Shown: positions 38,501 to 50,500 of the stretch, piece after piece
How the letters are laid out: each line of letters starts with the position of its first letter
How positions within the stretch are numbered: position 1 is the stretch's first letter
From: Christensenella sp. UBA4247
GTDB taxonomy: Bacteria; Bacillota; Clostridia; Christensenellales; CAG-1252
Length of the DNA stretch: 56,933 nt
Reading direction: 5' to 3'
Assembly: GCA_002395405.1 (NCBI GenBank)
Contig: DGWX01000062.1
Coordinates: 1-56,933 of the forward strand
Made by a program: the position numbers and the translations under genes
The notes under the pieces: generated by a model
The model's database searches: none
What the model was told of the DNA's origin: nothing
The model's input: only the letters and a program-made list of their open reading frames with translations

Positions 38501-41500
38501 GCTTCCACGTCGTCAAAGGCAAAGGTAAAGAGAACGGAAGAAGCCCATACGTCTTCCGCCACGAGTTTCAATTCGATCTTCAAACTGATCGTTTTGTTCA
38601 AACGCCCGCTCTCGGTCATGCGAAGAACGCCGATCACTTCGTCGATCACGCTTCCGAGACCGACCGTTTTATTCCCGAAGAGTGAATATCCGACGGTGTT
38701 CTCTTTGAAACTTGCGTCGATCAAAAGGGTCGTGGTCAAATAGTATTCCTGCTCTCTCCAATTTACATAATCGGAAAGCGCAAGACCGTTTACGGAACTA
38801 ACCGCTCCGGTTTCGTAATTATAGGTATATTTCTTTTGTTCGTTCGTAAGATAAACGCCGCCCGTCGCATAAGCGGATGCGCCCGATTTATAGCGCGCGG
38901 GCAGTTCGGGAGCGATCTCGATATCTTTCAAAACGATTTTCGTTGAGAAAGTTTGATCCGCCGTGTAATTCTTAAAGGGATTTCCCTTTCTGTCAAGGAA
39001 GATAGTCTCGTCTTCCGTCTTATTCACGGCGTAGCTTTGGAACTCGGGTGCCTTTTCGCTCGAAGTAAAGTTCCTTACGAACACGATTTTTCCGAGGTTC
39101 GCTTCGGTAATGCCCGATGCCGTGATCGTAACGTCCGATCCGGTTTGCACGGTGTAGCCTTTTACGCCGACCGCCGTCGTTTTTCCGAAGAAGTACGCGG
39201 TATACGATTTCCCGCCGAGCGAAGAGAGCGCCTGCTTGGAGAAGGTAAACTTATTCCCCGAAACGGACTTGAAGAAATAATCGAATTCGCTCTTACCCGA
39301 GATCTTTACCGTTTCTATACCCGTCAGTTCCACAGCGCGCGCAACGGTGCTTGCGGTAACGCCCGTTTCGGAAACGGACAAAGGAATGCGCAAATACGAC
39401 AGCTCCACGCGAACGCTTGCGATATTGTTCGGGTTGATCCCGTTCAAAGTAACGTAAGACGCGGTTCCCGAAAGGAGGCAAGTAGCGGAAGCGGAGCGCG
39501 TCGTTCCGTCCGTCAAAGTGAAGGTAACTTTATACACGCCCGATTCGTATTTGCCCGTGTTGATGCGGAAGCGATTGGTTTGAACGGAGATCATCTCGGA
39601 CCAAACGTGCTTATCGGTGTAAAGATACGTCTTCTTCATATCGTCCACATTGATCGGATAGCGAACCGTACCGCCGGAGAGCGTGGCGGTCAAAAGATAG
39701 CTTCCGGAAAGGTCGGCGATCGCGTCGCCGTTGAAGACTTTCAAGTACGCTTCGTTTTGACTGACGTAATCCACTCCGACGTAGCTCGACGCACCGAACA
39801 CGACGTACTTTTCGGGCTCGAACACGCCCGCCGTCGTCAAGCCGAGCTCGACCTCGCCGTCCAAGAGATTGACCTGAACGTACGTATCGTCCAAGAGGAG
39901 TGAAACGCCCTCGAATTCGGGGAGCAACATCGCGAGAAGTCCGCCCACGAAGTTTTCGCTGAGATTCAACGCGATCTTACCCTTTCCGATCGTTGCGCCG
40001 CTGACGAGTTTCATAACGGAAGCTATATTAAATCCGTTCGTCGCGGAATCTTCCTCCGCCTGCGCCGCCGCGCCCACGATCACGTCTTCCGACCAGAAGT
40101 CGATCGCACTGTCGAGATCGATCAAAGTCGAGCTTACGCTGACGTAGGGGAAGTACTCGGGATTGAGGTTCAAATAGAGATACATTCCGTCGAAGTAGAT
40201 CGTCAGAACTTCGAAGTAAGAGTTTCCGTTCTTCTCCGAAATCTGCAAATATGCGTTCAAATCGGAAAGCGTCAGAGTGTCGAAATCGGTATTTTTAAGA
40301 TAGGCGCGCAGCGTCATCTCGTACGTTCCGTTCAAGCTGCTGTCCAGCCCGAGGTTTACGAGAACGTTTCCGATCATCTCCGCAAAGGTATCTCCGAAGG
40401 TAAAGAGCGCGCCGTTCGGATAGAAGATACTGCTGTTCTTTCCGCTGACGGAAGACGCGGAATCGCCCGAAGCGTTCAAAGTAATATCCGCCGTTAAGGA
40501 CGCGTACGCCGTTGTCAAATCGTTCATAACGTCCGAATAAGCGGTGGTATCGAGTACGCCGGACTGAACGTAGGATTTCATCGAGTTTTTCGCGTCAAGC
40601 AAGGAAAGAAGATTTACTTTCCCGATCTCTATGCTGAAAGAGCCGAGAGAAAGATCCACTTCCACGCCCTTTCCGTTCTCGTCGGAAATACCGACCGTCG
40701 CGCCGAGATAGATCGTATCGTCCAAACCGAGTCTGACGGCGGCGTCCGCATTGGGCGCGTTCAAACTCATGCCGAAGAATTCTTCGAAGATCTTCATCGC
40801 GTTCTTATTGAGGTTTACGACGATCTCGTCCAGCTTGAAAGTAACGTTTCCGAGAACGCCGATGATCATCGCGATCGTTGCGTTCGAAGGAGAAACGTAA
40901 GCGTCTGCCGAAGCAACTTTGAGTTGCAAGCTGACGGCGCCGCCCTCCGTTACGATATATACGGTATAATAGTTATTTCCGTCCTTCGCGAGCGCTTCCA
41001 CTTCTTTATTGATCGGCATTTCGACGATGGTGTCTCCGTAGCGCGGATCGGAAGAAGTTCCGGCATATGTAAAGGTGAAATATTTGTCGATCAGGTCGCC
41101 CGTCGCGGTGATCTCCTCGTCCGTGGAGTTATTCACGATTACGACTTTTTCAACGGCGTAACCCTTCAAAGCGACGCGGAATTCGGGGCTGCCTCCCGAT
41201 TGATAATGATACATTCTTCCGATCGTTACGAGTTCGGGAACGTCGGAATAATAATCCACGTCGTAGGTTTTCTTTTGATCTCCGTCCGCCGTCGAGATCT
41301 TTTCTTCGTCCGCCGTTTCGATCAAGGAAAGGACGTCAAAGCAAACGGGAGGCGCGCTCTTGATAATGCCGAGATTGACGTAAGCGTAACCGCCCGTTAC
41401 GTACATCGAAAGGAAGGTCTTATCGTTCGTTTTGTCTATTACTTCGAACAAAAGATCCGCTTCCTGAACGACCTTTTTAACGTCGAGCGTTTTTCCGGCA

Positions 41501-44500
41501 AGAACGCCTTTTACGTCGATCGATCCAAGCGAGATATTGCCCGCAATCTTGTAAGCGAACGTCGCCCTTCCGTCCGTAAAGGCAAGATTGAAATCCACCT
41601 GTTCTCCGAGGATAGCGGAGATCGTATTTCCGAGGGCGATCACCGTTTTACTCGTATCGAAGCTCATTTCTCCCGAGAAAGCAAAGTTAACGTAGCTGTC
41701 TTCCGTCAGCTCGCTGTAAGTGGCGAGAGAACCTACGAGGTCGGTCGGTACTTCCAAAAGATTTTTATTGAGATCGATCTTGATATTGTCTATCGTCATG
41801 CGGATATACGAAGGCTTATCGGCGTCCGCGTCGTTACGGAAGTCCACTTCGGCGTTGATCGAAATATCGCTGAGCGCGTCCACTTTGAAACCGACGCGCA
41901 ACGTTCCGATGCTATCGATCCCGCTGAGTTCCATATCATAGCCGAGCGCAATCAAAATATTCGTAATGAGCGAAGGCTTGAATTCCGCCTGTACGCCCGC
42001 CGCTTCGGATATCGTTATGCTCGTAATATGTTTCGCAATGCCGAAAATAATATCCTCGGTGCTGTTAAACATTTCTTCCGCAGTCTCTTTATCGTGGCAA
42101 CTGCCGTCGCCGCAGTTTTTACAAGTCGAGAAGCAGCTTCCTCTCTCCAAGCAAACGGGATCGGTACAGCCGCAAGAAAGAGGAACGACGAGCGTCGTAG
42201 TAAAGTGACAGCTTCCGTCGCAGTTTGTCGGGCAAGTCGGAGTACAGCTTCCGCGTACGAGACATTCTTCTTCCGCGCAACCGCAGATCAACGCTCCGCT
42301 TTCCGCCGCGGAAGACGCGTGATGATCGCAGGCGCAGTTTGCTTCGCAGCGCGTCCCGTCGCACACGCCCGCTTTTACGCAAGAGGCGCAGTTACACTCG
42401 CATTCGAACGCGGCGCACTTGCAACCGCAATCTTCTCCGTCGCAGATGCGAACGCCGTACTCGTCGTAACAGCTGCCGTTATCCACACACAAAACGTTCG
42501 TACAGCCGCAAGGCAGCGGATCCACGGTATAAGAGAGGAAATCCTCGATGGTTACGCCGCCGAACCACGTTCCCTTGATACCGAGCGCGGGGATCTTGGC
42601 GTAGAGTTTCGGGGCTTCGTCTTCCCCGTCGTAGAACAAGAAGGCAAGGACGGAAGACGCGGTCGGATTCGCTCCTTTCGTTACGGTCAGCATGATCTGC
42701 GTCCTTTCGAGGTTGTTCATATCGAGAGAGATCTCGACGGCAACGTTCAAAAGGGTATTCTCCGTCCAAGTCGTTGCGTCCACAACGATCTGCATCAGGG
42801 TATCGATGCCGGGGAACAAACCGTTCAGCATCGGCCCCAGCTCGACCTCGGTGTTCTCGGGATGGATCTCGATATGCATCTCCGCTTTCGCCGTGATCTT
42901 CTGCAAGCGATCCATCGGTTGATAGGTCGTAAAGTCGGCGGCAACGGAAGGATCCCTGACGTCTCTGACGTCCATCATTTGCTTTCCGCTTCTGATCGTC
43001 AGCCCGCCGAATCCGATCCCGATGGTCGAATAGTTCCCCGTGTACGAACCGTTCAAAGATTGTTCGATGGCGATATTCGCGCGGAGAGCGAGATTGGCAA
43101 GGAAGTCGTGGCTCGTTCCGCTGTACATTTCGTACTCGAAGGTCGCGACGGGAGAGGTGCCGGAGGTATAGATCTTAACCGTCCAAGCATAATCGGGAAG
43201 CGCGGAAAGTTTTTCGTTTCCGTCGCTGAACGTTATGGCGCCGTTGGAGATCGTCATATAAGAAGCGATCTCGCTTCCGGTAAGAGTCGTCGTTCCGCTC
43301 TTTCCGATAAGCTCAACTTTCGTTACGTTCTGCGCCGTGATCCCGCTGACCTGAACGGTCTTCTCGCGCGTAATATAGTTAAGCGCAAAATCCACCGCGA
43401 TCTTCGGAACCTCGATATCGTCTATGGTATTGCCCGAGATCAGGTAGAATACCGAAGCGAGGAACGTGTCGGACGAACGGAAGGAAAGCCCTGCCGGCGT
43501 AAAGGTAACGTTATCAAAGATACCCGAAATCGAGTTGCTGTAATAGGTACGGCAAGCGCCGTTACAGTATTCGCAGTTCATCGGGCAAGTTCCGGCTTTG
43601 ATGTGATTGGGATTGGTGCAGTAGCAAGCGAGGAGCCCGGTATGGCACTTACATTCGTTCAAATAAACGCAGCTTGCGCCCGCGATCTTATACGTTAAAG
43701 TACGGAACGGCGAAGACGACCCGGTATAGATTTTGACCGTCCAAGCATAATCGTCCATCGCGAGCAGATAATCGTTCGCGTCGTTAAACGCGATCGTTCC
43801 GTCCACGATCGTCATGTATTTTTTCCAATCTCCGTTTGTCAAAGCAGTATTCGTTCCGCTATGCATTCCTACGAATTCCACCTTCGTTACGGCGTCTCTT
43901 ACGAGTCCGCCCACGGAGAACAAGTCGTTTTTATCGCAATAGCAGATCGGCGTAACTTTGCCGTCTATGAGCTTAAAGGTCTTGATACATTGACCGTGCA
44001 AAATACATTCGGGGTTGCGACAATAGCAAGCAAGGCGATACACGAGCGAGCAAGTGCATTTTTCCTCTTCGCAGCCCGCGCGATGGATCGCTTCGATACG
44101 AACGATCTTGGGAAGCGAGGTCGCCTCGTCCGAAACGAGGGTCGCGCGCTCCGCGTTCGTGAGATCGGATCTTTCCGCTCCCTTTTCACCCGCAACGTAT
44201 CTATAATAGGTATCGTTTTCTTTATCATAATAAACGGCGCCCGTTTCTCCCGCTACTTGATACACGTTTCTGTAACCGGCAACGCAGCCCTTTTCCAAAC
44301 ATTCCGCATTGTTGCATTCGCATTTTTCCGGCGCGTGGCAACTGCAGCATTCCTCACCGTAATCCTTGCAGTAAACGCCGAATTCACCGCACGACCCTAT
44401 GGAAACGCAATACGGATTGGTACAGCCGCAAGGCAAAACGCAATGTTCGCAAGAGCATTTTTCATCGCAAAGTTTTCTGCCCGACGCGTCGTAACAGCCA

Positions 44501-47500
44501 CCGTTCAGTTCACACTTCGCGCAAGTGCAACCGTCTTCCAGTTTTGTGCAATCGCAACCGCAGGTTATACCGTCGCAAGCGCGAATACCGTTTACATAAC
44601 ATCCGCCCCTTGCCTGACAGGCGGGATCGGAACAACCGCAAGTCAAAGACGTGCAAGAACAATCACAATCGCCCTCGCAGATCTTTTTGCCGTTTGAATC
44701 GTAACAGCTTCCGTTTTGAACGCATTCCTCGCAATCGCAGCCGCAACCTTTGACCACGCAGCACGTGCAATCGCAACCCTCTTCGCAGTGCTTGATCGAA
44801 CCGACGCAAGAACCGTTCAAATAGCATTCCATATTGTTACAGCCGCAAGAGAGGCGGGTGCAACCGCAATCGCAATCGCAGCGTTTTACGCCGTTTTCAT
44901 CGTAGCAGCTGCCCATCGCCACGCATACGGGATGGATACAAGTACAGCCGGGAACGACGCAATGCGAGCAATTGCAGTTCGAATCGCAAAGGCGAGTCAA
45001 TACTCCGTTTACCGTTCCGTAGCAACCGCCGTTTTTGACGCATTCCGCGCAATCGCAGCCGCAATCGAGATCCGCCGTCGTTTCGCTTTCTCCGCTTTCA
45101 TTCGATCCGCCGAGCAGTTTTCCGATATCCACACCCGTAACTTTTACGCCGTAAAGCCCGAGAAGAGGCGCGTCGATATAGATCGCCTGATCCAGCCCCA
45201 CGAGATAGCCGCGGATAAAGAGATTTTCCACACCGCGCGACGTCATATATAGGTCGATCAAAAGTTCGCTTCTTTCGAATCTTTGAACGTTTAAGTTACC
45301 CGAGATATGCAAGCGGAAAGCGGCGTTTATAACTTCGCTTTTCAGCGCGAAGCCTTCGCCGAATATATACATAAAGATATCGTCCAAATTCAGCCTTTGT
45401 TCGATAAATTCCGCGCCGAGATACAATTCCGTATCCACGTAAACGTATTCGAGAACGAGGGGCGATTCTTCCGCATAATCCAAAAGCGTCGTAAATTCGG
45501 TTACGTTTTGCGTAACTTCGGGGCGGATATTGACTTCGGTGAATCCGAAGCGTTTGATCCTAAACTCGCCCGAAATAAAGCCGTCTTGCTCTTCGTTCTC
45601 GAAATCGAGATCGAAGGTCATGAGGTTTTTACGGATCGCGAGTTTAACGCCCGTAAAGTCGATCGGAAGTTCGATTTCGAGCGCGGACGCGAATTCGGAA
45701 AGCAAAACGTCGAGGAAGTTATTGCTTACGTTTACGATCGCGCCCTTCTCGCCGTAGGAAGGATTGGAACCGTCCGTGATCACGATGCCGTCGATGATCC
45801 TCGCAACGAGGGTCGCATAGCGAGCGGCGGCAGAGGAAGCGAGGCCGGAACTTTCCGCCGCCGAAACTTCCGAGGTGGAAGCCGAGGGAAGCAGATCGGA
45901 AATAAACGAGGTGTCCACGTTCTTGATCAAAACTTTTTGAACGTCGAACCAAGGCAAATAGAGATAGATCTCTCCTTGGAGCATATCCATATACGCTTGA
46001 ACGACGTAATTATCGTTCCAAACGAGTTCGATCAATATTTCGCTCTTTTTGATCTCCTCCACACAGATCTTCATTTCCACGTTGAGCTTAAAGTCGCCGC
46101 GCAAACCTTGGAAAGTAACGGGAATGTTTACGTTGTCCGCAACGGTCTTGATGAGTCCGCCGAAATCGTAAACGCCGTCCGGGAAGGAGTACGATACGTC
46201 GCCCGTCAGCTTAAAGTGCAAGTAGCTGTAATCGTCCGTCGTGTTGTAAAGGGACTTATCGAATCCAAGGTCCTTTTGAACGAGGGCAACGCCGTAATCG
46301 TGCAGTTTCAAAGAAAGTTCGTTATTCGGAATATTCGCTCCGTTTCTCAGCTCCGTTTCCAGCCCGATCTCCTGATGAATGAGATCGGCGTACAATTCGA
46401 GATATTCCATATCGCCGAGGCTCAAAGTACTTCCGAGCATATAATCGGTAAAACGCTCGACCACGTCGCCCGCGAAGTGAACCACGATACGACCCGCCGA
46501 AGTCAGACTTATGCTTTCGATAACGGAAAGCGCTACGTCCAAAACGTCGCTCGAGCCTTCTTCCTCATTTTCGCCTTCCTCTTCCGCCGCGGCGATCGCA
46601 TCCGTACCGATCGCGTTATAAATCGCGCTCGAAATGCGTTCGGAGAGTCCGTTTATCGTTTCGGTGAGTTCCTTTCCGAGAAGTTTGGAGAGATCGAAAT
46701 CGAAGGTCATATTGAACGTATCGTCGATCCAGGGGAGATAGGCAACGAGGTCGTATTCTCCTCCGTAATACAAAACGATTTGATCTTCCCCTTCGCTCGT
46801 AATTCTGAGAAGGATCTCGGAGCGGTTTACGTCTTTCAAATGAACGTTGCCCGCAACGGTCAGCGTAATATCGCCTTGAATATCGCCGAGCAAGGAAACG
46901 GGTAAACGCTCGCCGCCGAAGAGTTCGGAGAGGAATCCGTCCATATAATACACACCCGCTTCCGCCGAGTTCTTAAAGAGCGCTTTAAGATCGAGGCTAA
47001 ACGATACATGCAGATATTCGAGATCGTTCAAATATCCGTAATCGGACGTATCTTCGATCAAACCGTTGATCAAACCACCGAGAACGATCTCCGGCTTTTC
47101 CACGGAAAGCGCGACCGAAGTATATGCGGGATCGCCTACGCCATCTACCCCTTTGAACGTTAACGTCGCGCTGACGCCGTCTTCCTTATGCAAGCGCGCG
47201 TTAAAGCTCATATCGAGCGTGGCGTCTATATCAAGGAGCGAAAGAGCTTTCGCAAACATCGCGCTCTCCATCTTAATAAGGAGTCCGCGCGCGTTATAAA
47301 TCAAACTGAGCGTTTCGTCGAGGGAAGACGAGCAATAGCTGCAAGAGCAACCGTCGTATCGATCTCCGAGCGCGTTTTTACGGCAAGGATGCGAATAATC
47401 GAAGGAACCTCCGTGCGATACGCATTCGGGATTCGTACAGCCGCAGAGAAGCCCGCTTTCCGCCGCCGCGCTTCCGCCGTTCGGAATAAGATCCGCGAGG

Positions 47501-50500
47501 TTTACGGGGAGCGCGATCTTGGGCATTCCGAGATAAGAGAGATCCACGTACAAACAGTTGTTATAGAAATACGCTTCGAACAAGCTTCCCTCGCTCGTTA
47601 TCGTTCCGTCCACCGAAGTCATGCGCTCGAAAGATACGTGCGCATAAAGATCCTTCAAGAGCGAGCGAAGCATTCCGCTGACGGAAAGCGTACCTCCGTC
47701 GATCAAGCCCAAGAGATCGTTATAAACGCCCGAAACCGAGAGGATAACGGAAGCGTTCAAAGAATAAGTCGTAGTTGCCTTGTCGGTTTTGATCAAAAGA
47801 TGCCTTTCCTCTTCTTTGTTCGCTTTGGCAAGGAGCAAGCTCGCCAAAGAGCCTACGTCGATATTATTATCTTCGCTGCTATCGATCTCAACGCTTGCGG
47901 AAAGGTCGATACTGATCGAACCCGCTTCGGAGATACTCTCGAAGAAGCCGAGATTACTCTTGTATTCCATTTTGCCGTTCAAGGTGATCTCGGGCTGATT
48001 TACGACGAGGGAAAGCGAAGAATTCGCATTCGTGTCGAAAACAAGATCGAGTTCGAGGAGCTTATCTATATCCTTATCTATATAGAGACGAAGCTTCGAT
48101 TCATCCTTCAAAGAAGGCAGAGAAACGCTTTCGAGACCCGCGAGTTTCGCCGCGATGTTCAAAAGATCGGAAGCAAACTTTACCTGAACGCCGTTTTGAT
48201 ATAAATCTACGCCGAACAGCATCGAAAGGATGAGCGCGCCGGTCGAAACGCTTCCGCTCTCCTCTCCCTCTTCCGCCGCGGCGGAAGGCAGCGAGAAGAC
48301 GCCCAGTCGATCGATCATGGAAACGAAATCGATCTCATTGATTTTGAGTTTCAAATCAAAATAGGGAATATTGACGTAAAGCGCACCGGTCGGTTCTTCC
48401 GTTCCCACGTAATATACGGAGAAAACTTCCGAATCATCGTCTCTGTCGATGATCGCAACAGAGAGCTCGCTATGCGCAAGATCCACGGTATTATCGTCAA
48501 ATTTAACGTTTGCGGAAATATCAAGCGTATAATCGAGGTCAATGGATTCGTCCACGTTGAACGCGATATCCGCGTCTTTCAAAAGTCCGCCGAGAAGGCT
48601 GTCAAAAAGCGATCCGACCGCCTCGTCCAGGTCGATGGAAAGCCCCTTCGCCGCCCTTGCGGTAAGGTCCACCGAGAAGTCGAAACGAACGGATTTGATA
48701 TTGTCCGTATAGATCTCCACCTCTCCGTTTTTATCTTTGCGTTCCACGCCCGCGCTCGTCATCGAGATGCTGACGTCTTCCACCGAAACTTCGAGGTAGG
48801 TGTCCTCCTTGAGCGAGAGATTCGCTTTAATGCCTTCGCCGAGCGACAAAGTCAATCCGCCTACGTAATGATTGATCGCGAAATAATCTCCGATCGCGCC
48901 CGTCGCTATGGTCGCTTCGGGAGTTAAGATAATATCCGCTCCCGCTTCACCCGCGCCGAGTATAACGAGCGATTCGACCTTTTTGCCCGTCAGATGCAGA
49001 CCCTCTTTATAGGTGTACGAAGAGATCTTTTTGGTCATCTTAAACTTACTCGTTTGTCCGTTCGTTTTGACCACGATCACGTCGTACGTTCCGAGTTTGA
49101 GAGCGGCAAACGCTTCGCTCTTCGCCCAAGTAAGAGTACCTGCGCGCGCGTCTATATCGAATATCTTTTCCCATTCCGATTCGTAATTGAAGGTTCTGTC
49201 GTAACCGTTTTCTCGAGACAAGAGACGGATGGACGCAACGTTCGTTCCGGTAAGGGAAAGGATCAACTTTTTGCGCGCGTACGAATGCGAATAGGTAAAG
49301 GTTTCCGAAGTATCGTTATCGTAATTCAAGCGAACGGTATAATCGCCTTCCGCGATCGCGTTCATCGCCTCGGTCGAATGAGGCGTAACGCCTTCCGCCG
49401 TAACGGGGAAATAATTTTCGTATCCGAGGAAAACGAGCGCGGTATGTAAAACCGTTCCCGCAACGGAAAGAGCGACGGAACGATCCCCCACGTAAACCGA
49501 AACGAGACCCGACAGCGCCGAGACAAGGGAGGCGAAATCTTTTTTGCCCGCGTTTACAGGATCACCGTCCTCCGCGGCGGAAGCGCTGTTTCGCGCGAAG
49601 ATTCCGCCCACGATCGATCCGAGATCCAAATCAAGTTCGAAAGGATCCACGCCGAGAAGCGGCTCGAAATTCAATCCGAGTACGCCTTTTCCGTAATACA
49701 CGCTGAACTCTTTTTCATACGCGCCGTTATCCACCGAGTACAAAGCAAGATAGATTTCAAGACCGTACAGGTTCTCGATCCCTTCGGCAACGTTTACGCT
49801 TGCGTTTATCGCGAGCTTATAATGCCCTTTCAGATTTTCGAGGATCCCGATTCCGAAGTTCAAATCGAGATCGGACAAAAGAGATTCGAAGCGCCAAGCG
49901 TTTCCGTCTCCGTTCGATACGTTCTCACCGAGCCCGAAAGAAAGGTCGGCTTCGAATTGAACGTTCGCCTGCAAGGAATCCACGGTCGCATAGTTTTGGA
50001 GATTTCCGAAGAAATCCGTCATCGGTTCGAGAAGATCGGAAGCCGTTTCTTCGAGATACATATCGAAGGATCCGATTTTCAGGTCAAACATAAATTCAGG
50101 CAGAAGCGCCGAAGCCACGTGGACGCCGATCCCTTCGTTTACGCTGTTTGCAACGGAAGAAAGGTTCCCGACGGTCACCGTCGAGTAGATTTCGGGGAGC
50201 GTCAGTTCGATTCCCGCAAGAAGCATGACGCGGCTTAAAATCTGCGAAGACAGGTCGATCGCGATCGCCGTATCGGACAAGCTGATCGCGTCTATGAATT
50301 TCAAGATATCCGGCGCTTCGAATCCGCCTTCCGTCGTTCCGCCGGCTTCCGCCGTCTCCTCGGGGATCAAGGACGAAAGAATTGACGCGAGATCCACAAG
50401 ATTCGGGATCTGCAAGCTGAGATCGAAAGCGGGAACGCGAACGTAAACGATATCTGTTTCATCGTAATCGTAATAAACGCCGAGAACGGGCTTGCCGTTT

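Noticed and set aside
40924-43698. Very long plus-strand ORFs antisense to the giant genes (for example 40924-43698 at 924 aa, 30991-33585 at 864 aa, 18360-20525 at 721 aa, 45307-46905 at 532 aa and 12720-14006 at 428 aa)
   Set aside because: They are fully embedded antisense to ORFs with clear domain structure. Their translations are Arg/Asp/Phe/Ile-rich low-complexity strings with no recognisable motifs and no convincing RBS. They are shadow ORFs created by the codon bias of the minus-strand genes.
44284-45063. Periodic ~100-nt pattern that could suggest a CRISPR array or a non-coding tandem repeat
   Set aside because: The periodicity is at the protein level (Cys-rich modules) and lies inside an uninterrupted ORF. 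The DNA copies are diverged, and there is no alternation of conserved repeats with unique spacers.
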